Below, piece after piece: positions 26,702 to 37,170 of a DNA stretch of 64,000 nt. A model generated the notes under the pieces. It was not told where the DNA came from, ran no database searches, and worked only from the letters and a program-made list of their open reading frames with translations. The first letter of the stretch is position 1; each line of letters starts with the position of its first letter. Source of the stretch: Phoronis australis (lineage: Eukaryota; Animalia; Phoronida); assembly GCA_002633005.1 (NCBI GenBank), contig NMRA01000035.1, positions 1,269,059 to 1,333,058 of the forward strand, given 5' to 3'. Both the position numbers and the translations under genes were made by a program.

Positions 26702-27845
26702 GAAAATGTACAGAAAATTCATGCAATGGTTATGAGAAACAGGCGAATGACTGTTCAACATTTGACAAACACTGTTGGCATCAGCAATGAGTGAAGATTT
26801 GGGCATGAGTAAGCTGAGTGCACGATGGGTGCCAAGAATGTTAACTCAGGATCAAAAAATGACCAGAATGCAAATTTCAAAGGAACTTCTAGGAAGATTC
26901 CAAGCATATCCAGCCAAATTTTCCAGAAAACTTGTAACTCAGGATGAGACATGGGTCCACCACTTTGATCCGGAATCAAAACAACAAAGTAAACAATGGA
27001 AGCACGTGTGTTCCCCAAGCCCGAGAAAGTTCAAGTTGGGTGCCTCTGCGAGCAAAGTTATGGCCTCTGTGTTCTAGGACAGCGAAGGTATTCTGATGAT
27101 CGACTACTTGCAACGAAGACACACTGTCTCTGGGAATTACAATGCATCACTTTTGGAAAAACTCAAAAAAGCAATCAAGGAAAAGAGACTCGGAAAGCTT
27201 CGGGATGGAGTGCAGTTGCTTCATGACAACGCACCTGCCCATACTGCCCAAGTTGCGGTGGCTGAAGCAACTAAATGTGGCTTTGAAATCCTTCTGCACC
27301 CCGCCTATTCTCCAGACCTGGCCGCGTCTGATTTTTATTTGTTTCCACATTTAAAGGCCTACCTTCGTGGAAGCCAATAAGAGAGCTATGATGACGCCAC
27401 GAGTGCAGTGGAGGAGTATTTTGAGGGGCTCGACCAAAGTTTCTTTTACGAAGGCATTGCAAAACTGGAGCACTGATGGAAGAAATGCATTGATGTAACG
27501 GGAGATTATTTTGAAAATATAAGCCAAAATTATTTGCTATCGCGTTGTTTTCTGGGTGAGGCCGAGAACTTATTCAACGACCCTCGTACGTACACGTACG
27601 CATTGCCCGTGACTTGAGTTGATGACGGAAGTACAATGTGGAATCTTATCACGGTAAGGAATGGCACGAGACGACGTGATGAGAGTAAGAATCCTTCTTC
27701 GATTTTCGTTCTTTTTAGTCAACTAAAAAAGGTGAAATGCAACTTTAAATGTCCTTTTTAGAGTCGCTAACACTGTCCGCTTAGCAACGGCAACGTTAAG
27801 AGAGACCAGCACCTTTGGACACCTATGGCTACAATACTGCCTTAC

Positions 27846-27959
27846 CTCTCACACTGGCCGTTCTAGTGCAGTTGTACAAGATGGCGAGTTCACCAAACAC
27901 CTTGCCACGACCCATGGTACACAATTTATGTCCTTCCTTTGTAACTTCCACCTTTCCCT
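27846..27959 (-). CDS. PRKG1: PKG I exon 3 (CNB-A phosphate-binding cassette); not in the ORF track
   Basis: Read manually: GTTTCAG|AG GGA AAG GTG... gives (E)[37 protein letters not shown] and ends AGA G|GTAAG. It is 114 bp with phases 1/1 consistent with its neighbours, and has the GELAIL...RTA cGMP cassette. Confidence 0.97.
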
Positions 27960-28044
27960 CTGAAACACGAACATAAAAACCGAGTCACCTTGCATTTAAC
28001 ATAAACATTAGCTAAGTCGGATAGGAAGTTTCTGGGTGGCAATG

Positions 28045-28770
28045 TATAATCATCTTTGTCACCGTCTTCATCACCATAGTCGTCATCATCATCGTCATCA
28101 CCGTCACTATCAGAATTACTGCCGCTACAATCATTGTCATCTTTATCAGCATACTATAAACACCAGGGCCCGGTTGCATAAAAGTTAAACGCCACATAGG
28201 AACAATGACGTCGCATTATCACGCATCACGTCGTCATTATCATCATCATCACCATCATCATCATCACCACCACCACCATCATCAGTACACTTCCCCATCA
28301 TTGTCATCATCTCCATTAACGTTGTCAATATCATCACAATTATAACTATCATAATCATCATCGTCATATTCCCCGTCATCGTGGTTGGCATCACTATCAT
28401 CATCACCATCGTTCCCTTCATCGTCATTGTTACCATCCTCATAATCATTATCATCGTCATCATCATCACCCTCACCATCGTCATCGTCATCGACATCATC
28501 ACCATCATCACCGTCGTCATTAGCATCGTCATCATCATCCTTATCATCCTCGTCGTCATCGTGATCATTACCATCGTCATAATCGTCAACCCTTATCCTC
28601 ATCTTCAACATTTTATCATCATATCGTCGTCTCCAATGTCATCCTAATGTCGTCACAGTCACCAGCGCCGCCATCGACATTGTCGACACATTACTATCTT
28701 CATCGTCACCATTATCGTCAACAACGATTTCATCGTCGTTTTTTTCTTTCCAGCATTATTATTGTCGTTT
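28045..28770. repeat. Degenerate (CAT/CGT)n trinucleotide low-complexity tract
   Basis: Long imperfect ATC/GTC repeats that generate spurious poly-Asp, poly-Met and poly-Ile ORFs. Confidence 0.9.
28164..28235. mobile_element. Truncated copy of the 36364-36527 MITE
   Basis: CAGGGCCCGGTTGCATAAAAGTTA...AACAATGACGTCGCATTATCACGC matches the reverse complement of about 36455-36523. Confidence 0.75.
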
Positions 28771-31415
28771 TAGTGTCACCATGGACTCATATTTTATTGT
28801 CACTACATATTTTCAATTGTAGACAACGTAGTCGTGGTTGTAGCACTGCCACCCAGCACTGCATACTACGCACATCCAGGATATGTTGGAGATGGTACTT
28901 CAGGGGGTGGGAAATTAGGCTACATGGTCGCACTGCTAAACGCCAGCTTCAACCTCACGCAGTACTAATTCCATAACCGTGCCCGTGAATTCCAGGCACG
29001 CCGAAATATTATGTACTCGCTGACCAAATTCCATACACGCCAGGGGACTACACCCATCTCCCGGACTCATCAGTCCGAATGGGTCTAAGTGGAGTTTGGT
29101 TCCCAGGTACGGAGTATGGTCACCGGGTATAGGGTATTTTCAGAGCGTCTATATAGTTTAGGGGAGGCGTATGGAATCCGTGCCGCCGGTTTGGTCTTTT
29201 CTGTTCGGGACTGGAGAATCGAAGCTTGAATTAGGAAGTGCGGCCATGGAATGGTTTCCACTTCTGCAATTGTAGTAAACAGAATGCGTATATGTTTAGT
29301 AGCGTCAAGTACTTCAGACAGTGATGAATGTGATCGACGTACAGACACTGACTGAATGAAGTAATTCCCAGTTATGCACTTGCTTGCGTCACACGTAACA
29401 CACTTTCTTGTGGAAGCTGTTGTAGTCATACCAGTGAGAACGTTGCATATGCGTACGTTAATTTTAATATTGAAAATACTTTTATCAACATACAAGGTAA
29501 GCTGTAGAATAAAGCACACAATTCACACTGAATAAAATACAACTGCGAATTAAAATGTTCAATTACCGCATTTGATGTGCTATTTGTCCCGGCAAAAACT
29601 GACAAACATAAACCTAGCAGTAGAAAATCAATGACCATTCACACGTGCATTTCTCTATCGTGAGAGATGAACTTGATGTACTATTGCTGCTTTGTGGTTC
29701 CTATAATGAAACACTAGGCGAATTCCTTGCGAAACTGATGAGATTTCACAGCTAAGCCTTCGCGAGATGTTAGATACTTTAGGGATGTTCTCGCCACTTA
29801 GGGGGAAGAAGACCCGGCTTCCTACGGACAGACACGGCCATAAGTAAAAACACGAACGCTGCTGGATGTCGTTTTACGGACTACAACTTTCCTTCAACAA
29901 TTGTGGTTGGACACCCCCATTACCAACGGCTGTAGCCATCCCGTCACGAAAATCTCGTGTTATTGTACGCGATCCAGTGCAGCTACGCACCAGGCCCGTA
30001 CGCAACACTGTTGTAAGGAAAACATTGAAACAAAAATAACCTAAACAATCTGAAAGTACGAGGTATGGTTCACGTGGATTATGACCTGCGCAAATATCTC
30101 GAAGACTACAACACTAGACTAGTACCATAGCAGAGACTATAGATGACTAAGACATATCTAATCTAGCTCATGATTGGTCATAGAAATGATGTCGAGTAAC
30201 GTAGCAAGAAGGCTGACCCTACCAATAAGGGCACATATTGGTACTCTCATTAAAATAGTTCTCGTTTATTTTTCAACTTGTGCAGTGAGTAACATCCATA
30301 ATCTCACCGGCTGTCCGCGTACACTACGCAGCACTGATGAGACACCTATCGGGATAGTCAACGCACGTGACTTTCCATAGTCAATGCAGTCGAGAACTCA
30401 TTGTGTTGGCAGCTTGCACGAAGCCGACTGCACGCTGGAGGATGGAGCGCGGACAGATGGGATTTTATGGAAGCCATTAAAATTCCACTTTTGTGTTCAA
30501 ACGAAGTAGGCACCTGTTATGAAGAGTGTAAAATGATCGCAAACACGTCGACAATTTGCGATACACCTGTCTGGCGAAACAAACACATGGGCAACTGTAA
30601 TGCCCCGTTGTCGATAGATGTCGTTTTTCACCGACGTGGTCGTGAGTAGTGGAAAGTGTGTCAAGACTGCTCATCCGATCAGTGTTTGCTTACAATTCCA
30701 GACTCTAGGTCTCAAATAAATTAGCGAAATCGCTCTTTGACAAAAGGGACAAAATGAAATTAGGTATGTGTGGCTGAAAGTCTCAAAACCATGTATATTC
30801 ACATTTCAGCCAAATAATTACTTTTCTCAGCAAAAACCGCTACGACACTGAAAAATGGAAGAAAAACATAAAAGTAAATATACTGACCTACATGTACCCG
30901 TCTCAGATACAGTGAAAAAGAGTGAAGTGAAACAAAAATGTCTTAAGGAGGACCCCAAGTGCGCATTCCTAGATGCGACAAGCAGGACACTGAATGCTCC
31001 AAGTAGGATGACTGCTGACGTTGGTCAGGTGGATGAAGACTTTATTTACACTATCCTACACACATCAACTCCCACCCCTCACTCCATAATGCGAAGTGCC
31101 TAGAAGTAACCGATTTGCGTTTACTGTTACGTGAACAGGAGACAATGTTAAAAACCGCTCCATCTCCGATTTTAATTGTTAGCGTTTCAGATTTTCCAAA
31201 CTACTTGTCATCGACTTGAACGCGCACAGGGATGATTCTTGTCAGAAAAATGGCGAACCATTGCTGTTTCCGGTGTGTCTGCTTTAATTTTGCAACCCGG
31301 AATTTTCTGGAAAAGGCTGAAAACCATTCGAGAAATGACGTTTTCGATTATTTTAACAAGAGGGCTCATTATCTAAAACATTTTCCATGTTATTACCCTA
31401 ACCTTCTTCTACCTT

Positions 31416-31878
31416 TAGGACCCTAAAATGTTCAAATTCGGCCAACTTCGGAACATCGTACTGTATCAGAATGGTTGCTCGGATTCATATGAAACTCACA
31501 GACGCTATGTTTTATACACTGCTTGCCAAAGCGCTGGTAGAAATCATTTTCAAAATGTTCCACTTTTGCATGAGGGGCTATGAAAGTAGGACTTGAACAT
31601 TTTTGTCGCATGAAATTTGGTTAATGTTATTGACCTCTTGGTTTGCTATGAATGTACCTTTCTTTTTGCACCTTTCTTTTTTGCTGCACCTTTCTTTTTG
31701 TTAGCTTTAATTTAACTTCCTAAAAAGCAAGGTCACGTGATCTAATTAGTGGCATGATTGGCATAGAGTAAAAAATCAACTTCTATGGAATTCCACTGTC
31801 GGAAAATGTATACTTTTGTTGAGCTATAATTCTATAATGTTGTATTAGATATTTGGCTAACGTGTTGATAAGGTCCTA
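31416..31878 (+). mobile_element. Family A element
   Basis: TAGGACC...TCAAATTCGGCCAACTTCGGAAC...GGTCACGTGATCTAATTA...GATAAGGTCCTA, with short TIRs TAGGACC/GGTCCTA. Confidence 0.75.
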
Positions 31879-31950
31879 CAAAACCTGAAGGCCAGTGCTG
31901 TCGTAGTAAGATTCATTCGGAAAAACAAGTCTCAAGGTGCTTTGAGATTT

Positions 31951-32195
31951 GAGGAGGCAGTGTGGACTAGTGTGTTAGGTACCTACTTTTTTACTCGAGG
32001 TCGTGGGTTCGAGTCTTACTGGGTCACACTGCTAAACCCTTAGTCAGGTTTCTAGCTCCTTAGCTCGGTTTTAACTATATATTAATAAAACATAAAAATG
32101 GTTCCTGGTAATCCGTGCAATGGGCCCAAATGAACGGCCTGTGCACGTCTGGTACAACGAGTATCAGACAGCCTGCAATTACTTTTTATATTATA
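31951..32195 (+). mobile_element. tRNA-derived SINE
   Basis: GGCAGTGTGGACTAGTGTGTTAGG (A-box-like)...GGTCGTGGGTTCGAGTC (B box), then a body and a T/A-rich tail (TTACTTTTTATATTATA). Confidence 0.65.
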
Positions 32196-32389
32196 TAGTT
32201 TGAGATACAAACAATCTTGCGAACTCATCATGCCTTCTTGTACATAAACGAAGACATGTTTGTACCGTTAAAAATGAAAACGATGCAAACCAACAAGAAT
32301 TCGTGTGAATTTTTCAATAGCTGTGAAGCAAGTTATAAAATGGTGTCGGATTTTCCATTTGGGCGTCCACAGTTACGTTCATTACTTAC

Positions 32390-32556
32390 CTTCCATGACG
32401 TAAACAAGGGAACCCACATCCCCTTCCTTAATAATGAGATGATCCCGAGTGTAGTCTACTGGGTACATGCACTCCACAATGGCGCTGATCTGCCCATGGT
32501 CAAGGTTACGCATGAAGTCATTGTCAAGTATTGCTTGCTTAATAAGATCTTTAGAT
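32390..32556 (-). CDS. PRKG1: PKG I exon 2 (start of cGMP-binding domain A)
   Basis: TATTTCAG|A TCT AAA GAT... encodes (R)[55 protein letters not shown] and ends GAA G|GTAAGT. It is 167 bp, and CG+A completes an Arg codon with exon 1. Confidence 0.97.
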
Positions 32557-35500
32557 CTGAAATACAGATTAAGAAAGTTTTCGTTTGAGATTTTTAAAAA
32601 CGAAGGCAAATTTAACGTACAATCTCAACCATTGTTTAGCCTCGTTCTTGTCAACCTTTGCGCACGATCATGAGTCGTGTGGCTAATAGAACAATTCGAC
32701 GCGTTCCTTTGAAAAGTACTGGCTGACTTATAATTCCGAATTGTTGTTGATTACTTCATGTCTCCAACTTACCAAGATAGGAGTTCTCCAAATTTTCTAA
32801 TAACCAAATGAACAGGAAATCAGCCTGATCATCACGGAAACGTATAGTGTGAGTGACAGTAATGACCGCTGAATATTTTTTATCGTGCTTTCACAAAGAT
32901 GGCTGTAACCCCCAGACGTGCAGATAACGCTAACAGTTTTTCAGTGGTGAAATCGCTAGGGGAGACAGGCGAACTGCCCACGAAGGTGTCATTTTCGCCA
33001 GCTGTTAATTTGTTTCCTCACCACCCGTGTCGCTTTGAAATTGAAAATAAAATTGATGTCAAAACATGTTCACTTTCAAAGATAAACCACGTGACATTAA
33101 AAATGCAAAACGCGAAATATGAAAAAAGGTAAAAACAGATAAGCACCGGTTTTAGAAGTGGTCGATGTGGGGCCGATGTAAGTATCGATCCACCAAAAAT
33201 TAATATTTGACAAATAATTGGGATCATTAAATCGTTTAAACACGAAAACAAAACATAACATGCAAGGCACACGACGCACTGCAGAGTTTTCAAGGCCAAA
33301 TTACGAGTTAAAAAAAAATGCCCGCACGGAAACCGTGAAATAATTTCAGCCAGAAAGAAGATCGAAAGAACAAAACCTTGCACCCTGGGATAAAGATGCA
33401 CCTCCTTCCTATGCGCATGCGTGTCTTACGTTTGTGAAGTATGCGGTCTGGCTACGGAACAAGTGAGCGAACACATCTACACTTATGTAGTAACTCAAAC
33501 CGCCAGCAATTAAAGCGACAGCAAAAGTGACAGTCGCTCAAAATATTGGCGTTTCGCAACTGGTTAAAGTGCTAGCAAAAAACGTTAGCGTTTTTACCAG
33601 TTTCTGAGTGAAGCATCCACGTCTATGGGAGTCTATTTTGACAAAAAACACACTCCGTTGAGTCTGCTCCCCTACTGGTTTTGAAACCCCCCACTCGCAT
33701 TATTTTAGCAAAATACTCGATTTCTTTTCAAAGCCTCACACACGCAACCGCCACCTAATGTTTAAACAAGTGGCCTGTCATCGTGTCAGCCGCAATCATC
33801 ATAACTTCAATTGTGTAGAGAGTGGTCATAACCACTGACTCAAATAAATCGACACCCCTGCTTGACCATTGTACTGAGTCAAACGCGTCACCAGAAAACT
33901 GAAGCAGGTTTGAGTTGAAGACAAGTTTGGAAGTCTTCGTCTCCAACGGTCGGATTCGTTGCCGAATTGCAGAGGAGTCTAGGGCAGCTATCATAGTAGC
34001 TAATACAATAAGAACATACATGTATAACCAGTTCCAAGCAAACAAGCTCGCGTCTCCGTGATAAGTCGTAAGTTGCTGTAAGCTCATACTCACGTCCGTA
34101 CACCCTCACTTGATCATCAAGGATTTGAAAATATATGAATCTGTGTATTGTCAGTTTGTGGAAATATTTGACATACGACGATGGGCACACAACTTTTAAG
34201 GTCCCATTGAAGCAAACAGACGCTTTTGACTGGTACTTTAAACATTATACGTTCGATAACATGATTGACCTAAGACACCCAAGTTAAAATCGTAAATTTG
34301 GAATGTGTACAAATTGTCTCTCAACCAGTAAAACGAGGTGGTCCTCAAGCGGTTATAAACAATTACAACACATGGTCCTGTGTACACATAAATGACTTTG
34401 ACACGTTGTTAATTCGCGCTTTGTCTCAAATATATCAAATTAGACGCGGCGTTACTTGTGCATTGTCTTTCGAATGTACATCATTCAAACAGCGTGACGT
34501 AAACCATAATGAAATTAAAAACCAACTAACGTTGATCATGTTCATGACCTATATTGTGTTAAACGGGTCAAGGCTCAAGACACAATCTCAATCCGACTGA
34601 TCAACTGTTGCTCTCTAATAAGTCAACAAAATTTGTGAACTATGCCAAGTTGAAAAATGTCATTCACCTGGCAGGTGTAATTGACCGAAGAACATTAGAT
34701 GATTACAACTACCGTGCGAATTACTGTCAAAGCTACATTCATAATTTGATGCCGTAACTTTCCCATTATCCCAACCATACCGTAGGAGATCGTGTTACAT
34801 AAGGTCTGCGATAACGTAGCATAACTGACGTCAAACTACCTCCTGTCGCTTTACAAAAACACTAACCAAGACACCATGTAACAATCACACTTTTCCACTG
34901 TCAGAAAGTTTTGTGCAACTCGACACTCTCGGTGATTACAAAGACAGCAAAATTCATTTTAAACAATGCGTCTTGAAACACATTTTGGTATGCAAAAATA
35001 AACATTGCGCAAAAGTGCACCCATAAAATAACATCTAAGCCATGTAAACCACTTAACTTAGGTGTAATGGATTATCATTGGAGTGAACGTTTGTTCACCA
35101 TGGGTTTAAGTTATCAAGTTAACAGCACATCAGGAGAAAAATAAATTATGATCTGAGTAGAAACAATAAATTTCTGTGTTCGGCGCTACATCAAAGACAG
35201 TCTGAAAAATGAAAAAAATACTCCATGACTATTCAACTTAAAAGCTCTCATTGAAAAGTTTTCTGAATAGATTTACAGAACCCAAGACGTTTTGAGGCAT
35301 AAGGCGAACGTTGTTATTTTGATCTTTATTCGTTTAAATTGGCCGCATATTGGGCCTGGTATTGAAAAGAAGTCAGATTCACCGAATTGAACAAACACAT
35401 TTTAGCAAAAGTTTACGTCTGATTTATTGAAACGCACTTGTGATCGTTGTAGCCCTCCTGTGCGTTCAGTAACTTAGTTTTGATTTAATTTTCTAGTACA

Positions 35501-36363
35501 GTTAAACGAGAGGAAGTGCAGCTTTGCACGAATTAAATAATGGACTAATGTTTATAACTTTACGCAATTCAAAGACTATCATCTAAAAGACAATCTTTTT
35601 TGTTTATCCGTTTCCTGTTCCGGTCCCATGCACCACTCACCTATATCTTTTATCTTCAGTTTAAAACATTAATCTCCTAAATTTTCTTTTAATCATGTCC
35701 ATTGGTGTCTTATTTATAAACAACTGTCGCATGCAAACTAAACCCAAGACTGCTATTTAATTGGCACAGGCTCACTTGACATTACAAGATTTCAACATAT
35801 GGGATTAACGAGTTGTTTAATAGCCCCTGTCAGTACCAGCGCCATTTGGTGCAAGGATAAGATATCAGGGAAATATTCCTTGGTAAACCATTCCTTCCTA
35901 ACTTTTGCGTGATGCGAAATCATGTTCCGCCCGCTTGCAAAAGCGAGTTCATTGTAGCGTAATAACCAGCGTTAAGAAGTTAAAAATAAGCGAACTAAAG
36001 AAGAAAGTAGTTAATAGTAAAACTAAGANGGTGCAAGCCCAATCTCAATAGGCAACTGACACACCACAGGTTGTCATTGTTGGTATAGTTCATTGTCACT
36101 CCCTGTAACTGACTGTATCTGTGCTTCATTACTTGTTGCTGGGCCTAGCTAGGTGGCCACTGTATTATAACTTCTGAGGATGGTGTTTAATAAATGACAC
36201 CGAAACATGTCAAGTTTTAAATCCGTTGTTGTTTTCGTGAACATATGCTGTTACTTGCTATCATGGAGAACATAGAATCATGCGAACACAAATTTAAGAT
36301 TCATCAACTCATTGGAAACCCCTGCCGTCCATTTTCGGCACCACACCACACCAGCTGCCGTCC

Positions 36364-36527
36364 ACTTCAGGGCTGAGTTGCATAAAGCTACAAAAGTTAT
36401 CCGCTGGATAAGTTGGATTGTTGCATGACGTCAGGTACATTGTTCAACAATAGCAACGTGACGCGTGATAATGCGACGTCATTGTTACTGTACGGCGTAT
36501 AACTTTTATGCAACTGGGCCCTGAAGT
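36364..36527. mobile_element. Palindromic MITE (PIF/Harbinger-like ends)
   Basis: ACTTCAGGGCTGAGTTGCATAAA ... TTTATGCAACTGGGCCCTGAAGT inverted ends. A truncated second copy is at about 28164-28235. Confidence 0.8.
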
Positions 36528-37049
36528 ATCAGCAGACCCCAAGGCCTCGGTATGAATCTGCAGACTCGCATTCCTCAAACATACTTCACCTACGCGCCGA
36601 ACTTAAATAAGTTAATCATCTGGTCCCGGGGAATGGATCGAATTTGGGACATTTCGGCGTTTGTCTGGAGTTTAGGCGCGGTCATGGAGTTGTTCCTAGC
36701 CCTCGCAAATGAGCCCACTCTGCACCAGTCGGAGTTTATCATATCGATCCCAACTTTACCTCAGTGAATTAATGGCGACACCGACATCTCCCCGGGTGAC
36801 TAGAGCTCCAAGATCATTGGGCCTTATTAAATACTTCTGAATACGCTAGAGCCCGAAAGATTGGAAATTACTATCGATGCAAACGTACTGGAATTAAACT
36901 CATTAACGCATCCAAAGCCGGCTGGGAATACGTGCTCACAAGCACGTAGTGTCTTAACAAAGTTAACAATGGACACGGTTTCAACGGCTTGTCCTTTCAA
37001 AAGGATTGCTCAGAAGAGGTAGTAGAATTTGTGTAGAACTCAAGATATT

Positions 37050-37055
37050 TTTATT
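37050..37055 (-). terminator. Putative polyadenylation signal of the DNAI2 copy
   Basis: AATAAA on the minus strand about 115 nt after the DNAI2 stop codon, in AT-rich 3'UTR-like sequence. Confidence 0.5.
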
Positions 37056-37170
37056 TCGATCATGCCAGAAAATCTACAAGTTGGTGACTTCAATAATCAC
37101 AAATAAATATAATAAATGAGTTTTTACAAACTTTCTGTAAAATATTTAAGAACAAGTTTCAGAATTAAAC

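Larger units (their letters stand above)
25516..27520 (+). pseudogene. Mariner transposase pseudogene
   Basis: Fragments MEITETRAVIKY...WSACFKRG, RPGRP, ENVQKIH, WVPRML, TQDETW, KVMASVF*DSEG, HDNAPAH, YSPDLAASD (34 residues between the last two catalytic Asp). It has frameshifts, at least three in-frame stops and an insertion of about 1 kb. Confidence 0.95.
25344..27586 (+). mobile_element. Mariner (DD34D, irritans/Himar1-like) DNA transposon, decayed and interrupted by a nested insertion
   Basis: TIRs are CGTTCAATAAGTTCTCGGCCTCACCAAGAAAACA (25344-25377) and its inverse TGTTTTCTGGGTGAGGCCGAGAACTTATTCAACGACCCTCG, followed by TA (27587-27588). The outermost left bases are degraded. Confidence 0.95.

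Noticed and set aside
28012-28976. Asp-rich, Met-rich and Ile-rich ORFs (possible acidic biomineralisation protein)
   Set aside because: They arise in several frames from a degenerate (CAT)n tract. There is no signal peptide or convincing splice context, and similar tracts recur at about 23.2, 56.5 and 63.4 kb.
25970-32030. tRNA genes at about 25970-26037 and 31955-32030
   Set aside because: Only A/B-box-like motifs are present. The acceptor and anticodon stems do not close, so they are treated as SINE heads.
32767-32830. GTAAGT donor at about 32772 as another alternative first exon
   Set aside because: The phase 2 frame contains a stop, and TG+A would create a stop at the exon 2 junction; a non-coding exon cannot be excluded.
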